Source: Bacteroidaceae bacterium
Lineage (GTDB): Bacteria; Bacteroidota; Bacteroidia; Bacteroidales; CHK158-818
Reading direction: 5' to 3'
NCBI GenBank assembly: GCA_017467745.1
Contig: JAFUKV010000147.1
Location: 1-47,073 of the forward strand
Length of the DNA: 47,073 nucleotides
Below the pieces are notes generated by a model. The model was given only the letters and a program-made list of their open reading frames with translations. It ran no database searches and was not told the origin of the DNA. Position 1 is the stretch's first letter. The number at the start of each line of letters is the position of its first letter. A program made the translations under genes and the position numbers. Positions 27,656-38,681 of this stretch are shown here, in pieces.

Positions 27656-28684
27656 TTATTCCCTTTTATTTTTCAAAGTCGACAACATGCCACAGGCTGC
27701 AAGGATGTCTTCTCCCCGAGACGTCCGTATCGTACAGGTTATGCGACGCGTTGAAAGATAATTGCGAAAACGCTCCATCGCTTGTAAATCGGAAGTTTGT
27801 AAATCAACACCGGGTATGGCATGAAATCGGATAAGATTTACCCGACACGGTATTCCCGCAAGGATACGCACCAACTCTTTTGCATGCGCAAGAGAATCAT
27901 TCAAGCCTTTAAACACAATATATTCAAACGAAATACGACGTTGCCCCGAAAAATCATATTGTTTCAACAACGATATAACCTCCGATAGAGGATTTGCTTT
28001 CTCTATCGGCATCAACGACTCACGTTCTGCATGATAAGGCGTATGCAAACTGATAGCAATATGGCAAGAGCACTCATCCAACAGTCTACCCAAACCTCTA
28101 CGCAAACCGACAGAAGAAATTGTTATTCGTTTAGGACTCCAACCAAATCCCCATGCAGAAGTAAGTATCTCAACAGCTTTCAGTACCTCTTCTACATTAT
28201 CTGCCGGCTCACCCATCCCCATAAAAACGAGGTTAGTCAATGAATCGCTATTCGGAATCGAAACTATTTGATTAATGATTTCTGCCGCCGACAGGTTACC
28301 CGAAAATCCTTGTTTTCCTGTCATACAGAAATAACAATTCATTTTACATCCTATTTGCGACGAAACACAAAGCGTAGCCCGTTCTCTATCGGGAATATAA
28401 ACCGACTCTATATATTTATGTCCATCTCCTACCGCAAAAAGATATTTAGCCGTCCCGTCAGAAGAAAGAGCTTCGGCAGAAGGAGAACTCCATCCTACGG
28501 TATACCGCTCAGATAATTTATTGCGCGCCTGTTTAGACAAATTAGTCATATCATCAATCGAGTTCACCCGTTTAGCATACAGCCATGAAGCTATCTGCTT
28601 ACCTGTATATCGGGGCAAATCTAATAAAACAGCTATTTCTGTCAACTCGCTTAACGTTTTACCGGCTAATTTTTCTTTACTCAT
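27656..28684 (-). CDS. rlmN: 23S rRNA/tRNA (adenine-C2)-methyltransferase RlmN, radical SAM
   Basis: CKMNCYFCMTG (CxxxCxxC), MGMGEP and a C-terminal AACGML motif; 342 aa. Confidence 0.9.
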   Translation of the reverse strand: MSKEKLAGKTLSELTEIAVLLDLPRYTGKQIASWLYAKRVNSIDDMTNLSKQARNKLSERYTVGWSSPSAEALSSDGTAKYLFAVGDGHKYIESVYIPDRERATLCVSSQIGCKMNCYFCMTGKQGFSGNLSAAEIINQIVSIPNSDSLTNLVFMGMGEPADNVEEVLKAVEILTSAWGFGWSPKRITISSVGLRRGLGRLLDECSCHIAISLHTPYHAERESLMPIEKANPLSEVISLLKQYDFSGQRRISFEYIVFKGLNDSLAHAKELVRILAGIPCRVNLIRFHAIPGVDLQTSDLQAMERFRNYLSTRRITCTIRTSRGEDILAACGMLSTLKNKRE

Positions 28685-28703
28685 AGCAGTAGTTTATTTA
28701 ACG

Positions 28704-28739
28704 ACAAAAGTGCTCTACCGGAAAGCAGAACACTTTTGT
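28704..28739 (-). promoter_or_regulatory. Intercistronic stem-loop between ppiD-like gene and rlmN
   Basis: acaaaagtg(c)tct...aga(a)cacttttgt is a ~13-bp stem with one mismatch. No T-run follows on the minus strand, so it is not a canonical terminator. Confidence 0.35.
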
Positions 28740-28758
28740 AGAATAATATTTTTACAGA

Positions 28759-30891
28759 TTAGAAAAACGCGATGCGGTTATCTATTACATCTGCCTTACG
28801 ACGAAGAACTTCCATCGTTTGATAAGGAATACGATAGGAGGTCATATTATCAATATTAGCCTGTTCTGTTTTTGCATCAAACGGCTTATCGCTTGCGGTT
28901 TTCGACAATACAGAAAATACATACACACCATTAACTCCTTTTACCGGAGAGCTAACCTGATTTTCAGCAGCATACGGAACTAAACCGCACAACGCAGGTT
29001 CTTCTCCGATACCTGTTATTCTGCGAGTATTGAAAGTTACATATTTAGCGGTATCTATCGCTGAATTCATCGCCTGCGCATAAGCATCCATTGACGTCAG
29101 ATTTTTAGCTTTCAAATCGTCAATAATTATTTGCGATTTTTTTTCAGACAACAATTCTTCTCGCAATACAGGTTCTACTTGTTCCAAAGAAGCATAGCCT
29201 CTCGGATATATATTCACTACTGCGGCCGCAATAAATTTATTATCGATTTCAAATATCTCCGATACAGAACCTTTCTTATTATTAAACGCCCATTTTATCA
29301 CTTGGCGAGCATCACGAACTGTTCCTAACGAATAATCACTGGGGGTTAACGATTTATCGGTTAATAATTGATAACCTTTTTCGGTTGCGTTTGTTTCAAA
29401 TTTTTCCAAATCCGTACTATTCGCCAAACACTGATTAACCTCGTTATACAAAGAGTTAAATGTTTCACTGCTTGGGAGCACATCCATAACAAAAGCCGCA
29501 ACATTTACTTTCGGTACATCTTTGGTTCGCCCTGTAACTTGAACAATCTGAATAACGTAATCAGAACGTACGGTAAAGTAGGAATTTCCTTTTGCCGAGA
29601 AACAAGCATTTTTAAATTCTTGACCTATACCGTTCAATGCTGCAACCTCCGTAAACCAACCCAAATCGCCGCCTTTTGCTGCCGTAGATTGATCAACTGA
29701 AAATTCTTGTGCCAAAGCGGTAAAATCGCCACCGTTATTCAACACATTTATCAAACTGTCAGTCAAAGCCAAAGCGTTTGCTTCATCTTGTAAAGGAAGC
29801 ACTATATGACGAGCCTTTACAGAATCGGGAGCCATTATTTTACCCATTAAACGATACATTTTATAAGAGTCGTTTTCAAGGAAAGGTCCTTTTACATCGT
29901 TTACTTGGGCTGATTTCACAAAACTCAACAAATCTCCATCTAAATCGCTTTCCGCAACATATGCGTCTAAATACGGTTGATCGGAATTAAGATTTACCAA
30001 ATCCGCCATATCCGTTGTAGTAGAAAACTCGCCTTTTAATTCCGCGATTTTCTCTTCTGTCAATTTATAATCTTCCGCACTTGGATTTATATCGACAATA
30101 AAATATTTGATTTCTCTTGTTTCGTCTTGCTTGAAAAGCTCTTTTTTACTATCGTATAATTTCTGCAATTCAGCTTTCCCAATAGTAACCGAAGAATCGG
30201 ATATAGAAGAATAGGGTTGTACGGTATATAAAAAATTCACACTTTCTTTTCCCGCGTCATAAGCAGCTTGCAAATCAAGTTTATTTGGCATAATAGCCTT
30301 TACCAACAAACCGTTATATTTGTCAATCAGACGTTGTTGTTTTATAGTCTTTTCCAGATACAACCAGAAGTTTTTATACATAGCCAATTGTTCTGCTTGC
30401 GCACCACCCAAAGCACCTTCTTCAATAGAAAGAACGTTTTGCAGGAAATTCAAAAGCATTGATTTATCAAATTCGCCGGTCTGAGGATTTCTGAATAACT
30501 GTTGAATCATCGGAGAAATATTATTTCCTTGAAGAATATCTGCCAATTCTTCAGAAGACACAGTCATTCCGATTTTTTGCGTTGCATCGTTTATCAGTAT
30601 TTCAGAAACCAAACTTTCATAAGCGTTCTGATTAATTTGTATAGACATTTCGTTAGACAAAGCGCTCTGTCCGGTTTGCAATTTCATTGCTTCGGTAATC
30701 TCATCGACTCTGTCTTGATATTGTCCGGTCGTAATTCTTTCTCCATTTACTTCGGCAACTTTATCTGCCGACATTCTAAATAATGTCTGCCCTGAACTCA
30801 AAAGGTCTCCCATAATGAATGCCAACAGCGCAAACCCAATCACTACGGCAAGAAGTCCGGCTCTTCTTCTGATTTTCTCTAATGTAGCCAT
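28759..30891 (-). CDS. ppiD: Periplasmic chaperone / peptidyl-prolyl isomerase (PpiD/SurA-like)
   Basis: N-terminal anchor (RRAGLLAVVIGFALLAFIMGDL) and a parvulin domain (ARHIVLPL...GGDLGWF); 710 aa. Confidence 0.8.
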   Translation of the reverse strand: MATLEKIRRRAGLLAVVIGFALLAFIMGDLLSSGQTLFRMSADKVAEVNGERITTGQYQDRVDEITEAMKLQTGQSALSNEMSIQINQNAYESLVSEILINDATQKIGMTVSSEELADILQGNNISPMIQQLFRNPQTGEFDKSMLLNFLQNVLSIEEGALGGAQAEQLAMYKNFWLYLEKTIKQQRLIDKYNGLLVKAIMPNKLDLQAAYDAGKESVNFLYTVQPYSSISDSSVTIGKAELQKLYDSKKELFKQDETREIKYFIVDINPSAEDYKLTEEKIAELKGEFSTTTDMADLVNLNSDQPYLDAYVAESDLDGDLLSFVKSAQVNDVKGPFLENDSYKMYRLMGKIMAPDSVKARHIVLPLQDEANALALTDSLINVLNNGGDFTALAQEFSVDQSTAAKGGDLGWFTEVAALNGIGQEFKNACFSAKGNSYFTVRSDYVIQIVQVTGRTKDVPKVNVAAFVMDVLPSSETFNSLYNEVNQCLANSTDLEKFETNATEKGYQLLTDKSLTPSDYSLGTVRDARQVIKWAFNNKKGSVSEIFEIDNKFIAAAVVNIYPRGYASLEQVEPVLREELLSEKKSQIIIDDLKAKNLTSMDAYAQAMNSAIDTAKYVTFNTRRITGIGEEPALCGLVPYAAENQVSSPVKGVNGVYVFSVLSKTASDKPFDAKTEQANIDNMTSYRIPYQTMEVLRRKADVIDNRIAFF

Positions 30892-30998
30892 TTATTATTT
30901 TATTTTTTTAGTTTTATATTCAACATTTACATTTGTTATATTAAGCGCACGAAGATACAAATTTGTATTTATATTACGCCCTTTGTTACGAAAAAATT

Positions 30999-32264
30999 CT
31001 ACATTTTATCAATTTTCATCCGTACCAATTCTATTCTGTTCGTGGTTCTTTTCAGTATCTTAAATATATAATCTCCTATTTGTATAGATTCACCCACGCT
31101 CGGTATTGTCTGATAATAGCACAAAATATATCCTGCTATTGTCATATATTCGTCATTTTTCGGTATATCGAGGTTAAACAATTCGTTTACTTTTTCAATT
31201 TCCAGACGCCCCGATAATATGAACTCGTTTTCCGCTACCCGTCGGGCTATATAATGTTTTGTATCATGCTCATCCTCTATATCGCCGAATATCTCTTCCA
31301 CAATATCCTCTAATGTAACAATACCGGCAGTCCCGCCAAATTCATCTACAACTACCGACATACTTTTTTTGCCTCGCATCAGATTTTTCATCAGTTTATG
31401 CGCCGGCATCGTTTCCGGCACAATAGATATCGGGATTATGCGCTCTTTCCAGTTATCCGGATGTATAAACATCTCAGAAGAATGAATATAACCTAAAACA
31501 TTATCTATTTGATTTCTGTACATCAATATCTTAGAACGTCCCGTTTCAATGAATTGATCTATCAATTCCTGCTTGTCTACCGTCTCAATATCCATAGCAA
31601 CAATCTCGGCACGAGGAACCATACAATCTCGAACCTTCACATTGGAAAAATCAAGCGCATTTTGAAACATTTTTACTTCCGTTTCCACATCTGAATTATC
31701 CGGCACTTTGTCAAGTTTCTGGCGGATAAAAAAATCCAAATCTACCTTACTGACTTCTTGGCTTTCCTCCGTATCGTCCATTTTCACGCCAAGTATATAC
31801 AGAATTCCTTTCGACAACAAAGACGATATTTTGGAAACAGGATATAATATGATATATATGATAAATAAAGGAAAAGCAAAAAAACGCAGTAAGAAATTAG
31901 GACTAATGCGAAAAAGAGTTTTAGGCAAAAATTCGGCCGTAAACAAAATTATAAGCGTAGAAATAATGGTTTGCCCTATCAAAACAAAAAGTTCATTAGC
32001 ATATAAGAATCTTAATACCGGTTCTAATATCCGAGCCATACCGATACCATAAATAACCAAAGCAATATTATTACCAACCAACATAGTAGAAATAAACTGC
32101 TCTTGATTACGAAAAAACATTCCTAATATAGAACCGATAATATTGCTGGTCTTCTTATCCAATTCCAAACGGACTTTACTGGACGAAACAAACGCTATTT
32201 CAACCCCAGAAAAGAACGCCGAAAAAAGAAGCGATATTAATATAAGAAATATAGTATCGTCCAT
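30999..32264 (-). CDS. CNNM/DUF21-CBS-CorC_HlyC family membrane protein (GldE-like hemolysin family)
   Basis: Four N-terminal TM helices, a CBS pair (VRDCMVPRAEIVAMD...) and a C-terminal CorC/HlyC transporter-associated domain; 421 aa. Confidence 0.8.
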   Translation of the reverse strand: MDDTIFLILISLLFSAFFSGVEIAFVSSSKVRLELDKKTSNIIGSILGMFFRNQEQFISTMLVGNNIALVIYGIGMARILEPVLRFLYANELFVLIGQTIISTLIILFTAEFLPKTLFRISPNFLLRFFAFPLFIIYIILYPVSKISSLLSKGILYILGVKMDDTEESQEVSKVDLDFFIRQKLDKVPDNSDVETEVKMFQNALDFSNVKVRDCMVPRAEIVAMDIETVDKQELIDQFIETGRSKILMYRNQIDNVLGYIHSSEMFIHPDNWKERIIPISIVPETMPAHKLMKNLMRGKKSMSVVVDEFGGTAGIVTLEDIVEEIFGDIEDEHDTKHYIARRVAENEFILSGRLEIEKVNELFNLDIPKNDEYMTIAGYILCYYQTIPSVGESIQIGDYIFKILKRTTNRIELVRMKIDKM

Positions 32265-32267
32265 AAT

Positions 32268-32933
32268 TCATTTTGTTTTAACAGAATCAGTACGTAAAGA
32301 ATCGGTTTGTACAGATGCCAGTGAATCGGACGCCACTTTTTTCTGAAACGATATATAACCGGCATCCCCGTCTATCATTTCTCTAAAAATAAAATTTTCC
32401 ATCCGCTCATCCGAATCAAACCCTTTGCCGCTTTCCATAAACGTCCCGTCTTCATCTTCAACAAGTACCTCAACTGCTGAATATATTTTCTTTTTAAGCC
32501 TATCCCAAAAGAGTTTTTGCGTAAACAATCGTCTTCCATTCAGATTTTTCACCTCCACATTACCTGTCAACTCCCACAAATCCTTATTTTTATAAAAACA
32601 GGCCGTATCACACTGTACATAGGCTTCCGGATTTAACAACGAATCGAATTTTTCCACATACAATCCCTGCGGGAACAACCAATACGGATCTCGTGATTTT
32701 TCGTACATCAACCATTCTTTGGCTATCATACGATAACGAGGTACACCTGAATCGGAGTACAGAGAATTGACATCAAGCGTTTTTATGGTAGGTACTTCCG
32801 TTTCATCTGAAAAAGCGCCAACTACCTCTTTTTTATCACCCGAACATGAAGAGATAAATATTATGACGACTAATAAAATAGCCATCACTCGGGTTGTAAT
32901 ATTTTCTATATCTTGAAAAGCAATATTTTTCAT
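32268..32933 (-). CDS. lptC: LptC-like LPS export periplasmic protein
   Basis: N-terminal anchor/lipobox (AILLVVIIFISSCSG), about 200 aa and beta-rich. It sits 3 nt upstream of the GldE-like gene, as is typical in Bacteroidetes. The call is by synteny and memory, and the true start may be an internal Met. Confidence 0.5.
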   Translation of the reverse strand: MKNIAFQDIENITTRVMAILLVVIIFISSCSGDKKEVVGAFSDETEVPTIKTLDVNSLYSDSGVPRYRMIAKEWLMYEKSRDPYWLFPQGLYVEKFDSLLNPEAYVQCDTACFYKNKDLWELTGNVEVKNLNGRRLFTQKLFWDRLKKKIYSAVEVLVEDEDGTFMESGKGFDSDERMENFIFREMIDGDAGYISFQKKVASDSLASVQTDSLRTDSVKTK

Positions 32934-32979
32934 AAAAAATGTCGAAGTTAGGCAAATAAAAACTTTTCGAACCGAATTG

Positions 32980-34347
32980 TCATCGTACGACTGTTTTTTC
33001 TTGAATCCATCCTCCGATTGTTATAGTTTTTCCTTTTCCGAGATCCATATGCATAAAGATATCTTTTTCAGACGGAAATTTTCCAGAATAACTATTAATA
33101 AGAGAATCCGCTTCTTCGGTCACAGACTCATCCATTTCTTTCGCCTTTTTCAATTTATCGACTGCCAAATAATAAACAGTTTGTTGCAGTACAGGATCAC
33201 TCGGATAAATATTCGGCGCATCATCAACACACATTTTCGCCAATAGTATATAAGATTGTCCATAATGCGGATCTTCTGCAATCGCCTCTGTCAGAATCTT
33301 ATTTGCATTAACATAATCATGTTGCACAGCATATACTCCGGCTATTCTATAAAGACACTCAGCTCTCTGCCTTACATCAGCGGTATCTATCAAATTATAG
33401 GCCTTTTTATAGAGAGAAATAGACTTTTTATAATCATTTTCTTTATACGCATCTAACGCCATACCTGATATAGACTCAGCAGTAGGAATTAATACGGACA
33501 AATAATTTACCGCGCTTTTATAAACCGGCAAATCTCTCTGATTGATAGATTGTAAGATACCTATCGTCTTTTTCAAAAAAACTGTATCTTGCTTATTCGC
33601 TTCTACCTCAGGAGCCAACATTTGTTGTACTGTATCGCCACCTACCGCTCCGGACGATATATATATGTATGCGAGAATTTCTTGCACTTGTTTAATATAT
33701 TCCGCATTTGTACCGTCTGTCGTCTTTACCAACGCCTCTTTTAAATAACCGGAAGCCAATCGATAGTTTTGTTTAAACTCATCGGCTGTTACTAATGTAT
33801 CTTCTTTCATCAACCGATTGCTTATCTGAACAAAATAAGATAATACGTCAGGGGCAGACGCCTCTTTTTGCCCATATACAGATTCTTTTAACCAACCGTA
33901 AACCATACGGGCATCAATGCTATCTCCTAAATAATAGATATAATCACGAGATTTATTTCCTAATATCCAAGATGTGGGAAATCGCTCATCTTTACCGAAA
34001 TATTTTATCCTGTTATCATAAACCTCCATTAAACGGTTTATCAGACTTTCTCGTTTTTCTTGATTTTTTTCTTCCTCTATTTGCTTTTTTATAATTTCTA
34101 CTCCATATAAATAGATATTTCGAGAAGAGGCAGGACATTCGGCATATACTTTTTCCCAAAATTCCGCAGCATCTTTAAAAGCCCCGTTTTTAGCATAAGT
34201 AGTAAACATCCTTAAATTTTCGACGCACGTTACGCTATCCTCTCCTTGTCCGAAAGGCGTATCTGTATCAATGCCTTTTTGCGCTTTTACAGAAACAGTA
34301 AAAGATATCGCTGCAAACAAAATAAGTAACTCTTGCCAAAATTTCAT
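32980..34347 (-). CDS. Secreted tetratricopeptide-repeat protein
   Basis: Signal peptide (ILFAAISFTVSVKAQ). The 455-aa protein has repetitive Y/A/L-rich helical pairs, for example AECLYRIAGVYAVQHDYVNANKILTEAI. Confidence 0.6.
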   Translation of the reverse strand: MKFWQELLILFAAISFTVSVKAQKGIDTDTPFGQGEDSVTCVENLRMFTTYAKNGAFKDAAEFWEKVYAECPASSRNIYLYGVEIIKKQIEEEKNQEKRESLINRLMEVYDNRIKYFGKDERFPTSWILGNKSRDYIYYLGDSIDARMVYGWLKESVYGQKEASAPDVLSYFVQISNRLMKEDTLVTADEFKQNYRLASGYLKEALVKTTDGTNAEYIKQVQEILAYIYISSGAVGGDTVQQMLAPEVEANKQDTVFLKKTIGILQSINQRDLPVYKSAVNYLSVLIPTAESISGMALDAYKENDYKKSISLYKKAYNLIDTADVRQRAECLYRIAGVYAVQHDYVNANKILTEAIAEDPHYGQSYILLAKMCVDDAPNIYPSDPVLQQTVYYLAVDKLKKAKEMDESVTEEADSLINSYSGKFPSEKDIFMHMDLGKGKTITIGGWIQEKTVVR

Positions 34348-34368
34348 TTGTATTGCTATACTTTAATC

Positions 34369-35622
34369 TTATTGCAGTTTAGATTTAAAGAACCACATTT
34401 CATTAAACGACAAACTGAACGAAACCCTAAAATAATTTTCTTTTAATAGATGTTTAACCGTAGGCTCCTGATGTACATATTCAAGAGCAAGATTTACCAT
34501 AGATTTATCATTTTTCAACGGAAAACCCAAACCGCAAGAAACACCATACTCATTCAATTTGCTATTTTGAACTTTTTCATACGACCGATTATAAAAAGCA
34601 CCTGCCCGATAATGGATTTTATTGAAATAATTCCGAGAAAATACGTTGGGTATAAATTCTCCCCCAACCGCTATTTTCAACCGATTACTTAAAGAATCCG
34701 TCCGATTATCGAATTTTGCGTCCGACCAGTTCTGATAAGTAACATCTAAGCCGACTGTTAATTGTTTATCACGCATATACGAGACACCGACGCCAAGAGA
34801 CGTAGGCAATTCATACGCATTTTTAAGACTTATACGACTTATCGTATCGATTACTGCATTTGAAGTAGAACCGCTTGTATACACTGCTTTTTTATTCGTT
34901 ATATGACCTAAAAGCGTTTTTTTCGGAGAAAAAGTTACTCCTAACGTCAGACTTTCTTTTTTATTAAGCCGATATGTATATTGAGCACCTAAAAGTAACC
35001 GGAAATCGCTTACATGTACTTTTTGGTCAAATCTCGAATCTTGTGCATAATAATTATTCGGCATATACACCTCATCGGCATAAGTAATATTACCGAACAG
35101 ATAATTAAAATTAAGCCCAACAGACAAGCCTTTATATACATTCGCACCTACCCCGATATAAGCTTCTGACAGACCGCCTTCTCCCGAATGATAAAGAATC
35201 GTGTCGTTCACATTCTGTCCGTAATCGTAACCTACGAAAGTAAAAGGTATCAATCCGGCGCTTACTGCCATCCATTTGCTAACAGGAAACTGCATAGCAA
35301 TATAGTCAAGCCCTCCGTTAAAATTAGAACCTTTTTTCAGTCCTTCGGTAAATTTAGAAATTTGAATATTAGCTCCTATATCGAAAAGAAATGTCAATGA
35401 ATCCATTGCAGCATAAGAAGCCGGATTCATCGTATTTATCTGTTGGCTGTTACGTAAGCCGTATCCGATACCGCCCATCGCCCTGCTCATTCCAATAGAA
35501 TTATCGGCTAATTTTCCATATCCGTAACGTGAGTACGGAGATTTTGTATTGCTTTGCGCTATACATACGGCTCCTAAACAAAACCAGATAGCACAGATAA
35601 TCAAACCCTTATTTTTCAACAT
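34369..35622 (-). CDS. Outer-membrane beta-barrel protein of unknown function
   Basis: Signal peptide (CAIWFCLGAVCIAQS) and alternating amphipathic beta-strand pattern with frequent G/Y/F strand ends; 417 aa. It overlaps the coaX stop by 14 nt. Confidence 0.55.
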   Translation of the reverse strand: MLKNKGLIICAIWFCLGAVCIAQSNTKSPYSRYGYGKLADNSIGMSRAMGGIGYGLRNSQQINTMNPASYAAMDSLTFLFDIGANIQISKFTEGLKKGSNFNGGLDYIAMQFPVSKWMAVSAGLIPFTFVGYDYGQNVNDTILYHSGEGGLSEAYIGVGANVYKGLSVGLNFNYLFGNITYADEVYMPNNYYAQDSRFDQKVHVSDFRLLLGAQYTYRLNKKESLTLGVTFSPKKTLLGHITNKKAVYTSGSTSNAVIDTISRISLKNAYELPTSLGVGVSYMRDKQLTVGLDVTYQNWSDAKFDNRTDSLSNRLKIAVGGEFIPNVFSRNYFNKIHYRAGAFYNRSYEKVQNSKLNEYGVSCGLGFPLKNDKSMVNLALEYVHQEPTVKHLLKENYFRVSFSLSFNEMWFFKSKLQ

Positions 35623-36361
35623 TATAACAAAGTATTCGGTTCAAACCCTTTAAAACTAAATTTTTATCTGCAAAGATGGCGTTTTTTAATTTTGCTGACA
35701 ACAAAAAAGCATCGCCACCCGTTAAAAAAAACAAAATATCAGGATATACCGCTTTCCAACAATCGATATATTGCTCTATTTCATAAACTGCTCCCCAGAT
35801 AACACCCGCCCGTTTGGCTGTTTCTGTATCGTATCCGATTTGAGGACAATCTCCCGCAAGAGAAACCTGCGGTAAACGAGACGTGTAATCATGTAACGAA
35901 TTGAATCGTATGCGTAATCCCGGAGAAATATTTCCACCCAGAAAAGTGTTATTTTCTAACAAATCATACGTAATAGCCGTACCTGCATCTATCACCGAAA
36001 CAGTACGTCCGGGAGCCTGTATAGACGCCCCTATCAATCCGGCAATACGATCTCTGCCCAATGTACGAGGCGTTTTATATCCTATTTTTATCGGAATAGG
36101 CGTGTCCGCATCAAATACACAAACATTATTTACAAGCGTCCTAAGAAAATTGACTTTGGTCTGGTCGGAACGTTCCTCTCCTACGGACGAATAGATTGCC
36201 GAACGTGTTGGATAAGCCTTTATAACAGCCCGCATAGAATCGTTATCCCACTCAGAAAACGAATGTACTATCTCAGGTTCCTGATTCCTAAAAAGCGCAA
36301 TTTTTACCGAACTATTTCCTTGATCTATTACAACGTTCACTCGTTTCTCTATTTTTGGCAA
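35609..36361 (-). CDS. coaX: Type III pantothenate kinase
   Basis: VIDQGNSSVKIALF (phosphate-1) and VIDAGTAITYD motifs; 250 aa. Confidence 0.9.
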   Translation of the reverse strand: MPKIEKRVNVVIDQGNSSVKIALFRNQEPEIVHSFSEWDNDSMRAVIKAYPTRSAIYSSVGEERSDQTKVNFLRTLVNNVCVFDADTPIPIKIGYKTPRTLGRDRIAGLIGASIQAPGRTVSVIDAGTAITYDLLENNTFLGGNISPGLRIRFNSLHDYTSRLPQVSLAGDCPQIGYDTETAKRAGVIWGAVYEIEQYIDCWKAVYPDILFFLTGGDAFLLSAKLKNAIFADKNLVLKGLNRILCYNVEK

Positions 36362-36538
36362 AGGTAAGAAAATATAAGAATATACATCTCTTTTTCTATA
36401 CGGTTTGTATCACATTTTTCGAAAAAACGGCCGTCATACTCGACAAAGAAGCCTTTTTAGAAGATTAATCGTTTCTGTAAACTATCATTGACTATCGGCT
36501 TTTATGCCTTTTGATTTTTTCTTCTGAAAAAGAATATG

Positions 36539-36546
36539 TACGTTTG
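36539..36546 (+). promoter_or_regulatory. Candidate -7 box (TACGTTTG) for the ftsB-like gene
   Basis: Matches TAnnTTTG and lies 27 nt upstream of the ATG at 36573. Confidence 0.35.
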
Positions 36547-36572
36547 CAAAATGAAACGCTAACAACCGAATA

Positions 36573-36875
36573 ATGAAAGAACGTTTGTTTACATATTGGT
36601 CTGCTTTTCGTACAAAAGTCAGTATTTGGCGTTTGTTCGTCGTTGCGTTTATTTTTATCATGGTTTTCATCGATAACAACAGTTTTATAAGACGTTACGA
36701 ATACAATAAAAAAATCAAAGAACTTCAAAAAGAGATTAAGCATTACAACCAAATTATTGAAGACGGACGTTTTCAACTGGAAGAATTGCGCTCGAACAAT
36801 AATAATCTGGAAAAATTCGCTCGTGAAAAGTTTTTGATGAAAAAACCGAATGAAGATATTTTCCTCATCGAATAA
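36573..36875 (+). CDS. Septum formation initiator family protein (FtsB/DivIC-like)
   Basis: 100 aa with one TM helix (IWRLFVVAFIFIMVFI), then a coiled coil (KIKELQKEIKHYNQIIEDGRFQLEELRSN) and FAREKFLMKKPNEDIF. Confidence 0.7.
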   Translation: MKERLFTYWSAFRTKVSIWRLFVVAFIFIMVFIDNNSFIRRYEYNKKIKELQKEIKHYNQIIEDGRFQLEELRSNNNNLEKFAREKFLMKKPNEDIFLIE

Positions 36876-36881
36876 TTACAC

Positions 36882-37214
36882 ATGAACCATCGCATCTTAA
36901 ATATTTTATTCTATATATCCGCCTCTGCCGTACTATTGGCCTCAGTCTTATACATTACGCAATGGAGCGCAACGCCTTATATTTTCGCCATAGGAGCCTC
37001 CGGTATGGCAACTGCCCGACTGTCGAACCGCTATCAAGGCGATAATATCCGCTTAAAACGATTGTACCGAATGGAAACGTTTTCGTCATTGCTGATTGTA
37101 GCCGCATCATACTTCATGTTCAAACGCCAAAACGAATGGTTTTTGTTATTGTTCGTCGCAGCCATCTTACAATTATATACGGCAATTTTAATTCCCAAAA
37201 TTTCAGACAAATAG
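36882..37214 (+). CDS. Small integral membrane protein, unknown function
   Basis: 110 aa with about four hydrophobic helices. It starts 6 nt after the ftsB-like stop. Confidence 0.5.
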   Translation: MNHRILNILFYISASAVLLASVLYITQWSATPYIFAIGASGMATARLSNRYQGDNIRLKRLYRMETFSSLLIVAASYFMFKRQNEWFLLLFVAAILQLYTAILIPKISDK

Positions 37215-37243
37215 TTTTCTAATATCCTCCTTTATTAAATAAA

Positions 37244-37290
37244 GGCGTTTTTTACAAAGAAAAACGCCCGATTGTTATCGGGCGTCTGAA
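37244..37290. terminator. Terminator region between convergent genes (two alternative hairpins)
   Basis: Two hairpins: ggcgttttt/aaaaacgcc and acgcccgat/atcgggcgt. On the minus strand the second is followed by TTTTTC, which would terminate the esterase gene. Confidence 0.6.
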
Positions 37291-37308
37291 TATTTTAAAA
37301 ATTCTATT

Positions 37309-38526
<1,218 letters not shown>

Positions 38527-38578
38527 TTAAAATAACCGATATTTTCTCAACTTTATTCTCAAATTAGATTTATTTTAT

Positions 38579-38597
38579 TGATATTGGTTTAATATCA
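38579..38597. promoter_or_regulatory. Inverted repeat TGATATT-N5-AATATCA
   Basis: Perfect 7-bp arms in the Crp/Fnr-esterase intergenic region, ~80-100 nt upstream of the esterase ATG. Confidence 0.3.
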
Positions 38598-38633
38598 TAT
38601 CCGCAAATATGATAAATTTTCATCAATTATACA

Positions 38634-38647
38634 TTGATAAATATCAA
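38634..38647. promoter_or_regulatory. Perfect FNR-type palindrome TTGAT-AAAT-ATCAA
   Basis: 10/10 match to TTGAT-N4-ATCAA. It lies 135-148 nt upstream of the esterase ATG (38499) and 35 nt downstream of the Crp/Fnr-family gene stop. Confidence 0.4.
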
Positions 38648-38681
38648 GAAATTATATTCCTCAGATTTTTATAAAAGAAAT

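Noticed and set aside
27472-27834. 120-aa plus-strand ORF
   Set aside because: It lies antisense to the rlmN 3' end and to the small lipoprotein ORF, and has no motif.
28704-28739. ppiD-rlmN hairpin as a rho-independent terminator
   Set aside because: The stem is strong, but no T-run follows it on the transcribed (minus) strand. It is kept only as an intercistronic stem-loop of unknown role.
36485-36776. 64-aa and 94-aa minus-strand ORFs in or near the coaX/ftsB-like spacer
   Set aside because: They overlap the better-supported plus-strand FtsB-like gene and its promoter, and they are K/F/N-rich with low complexity.
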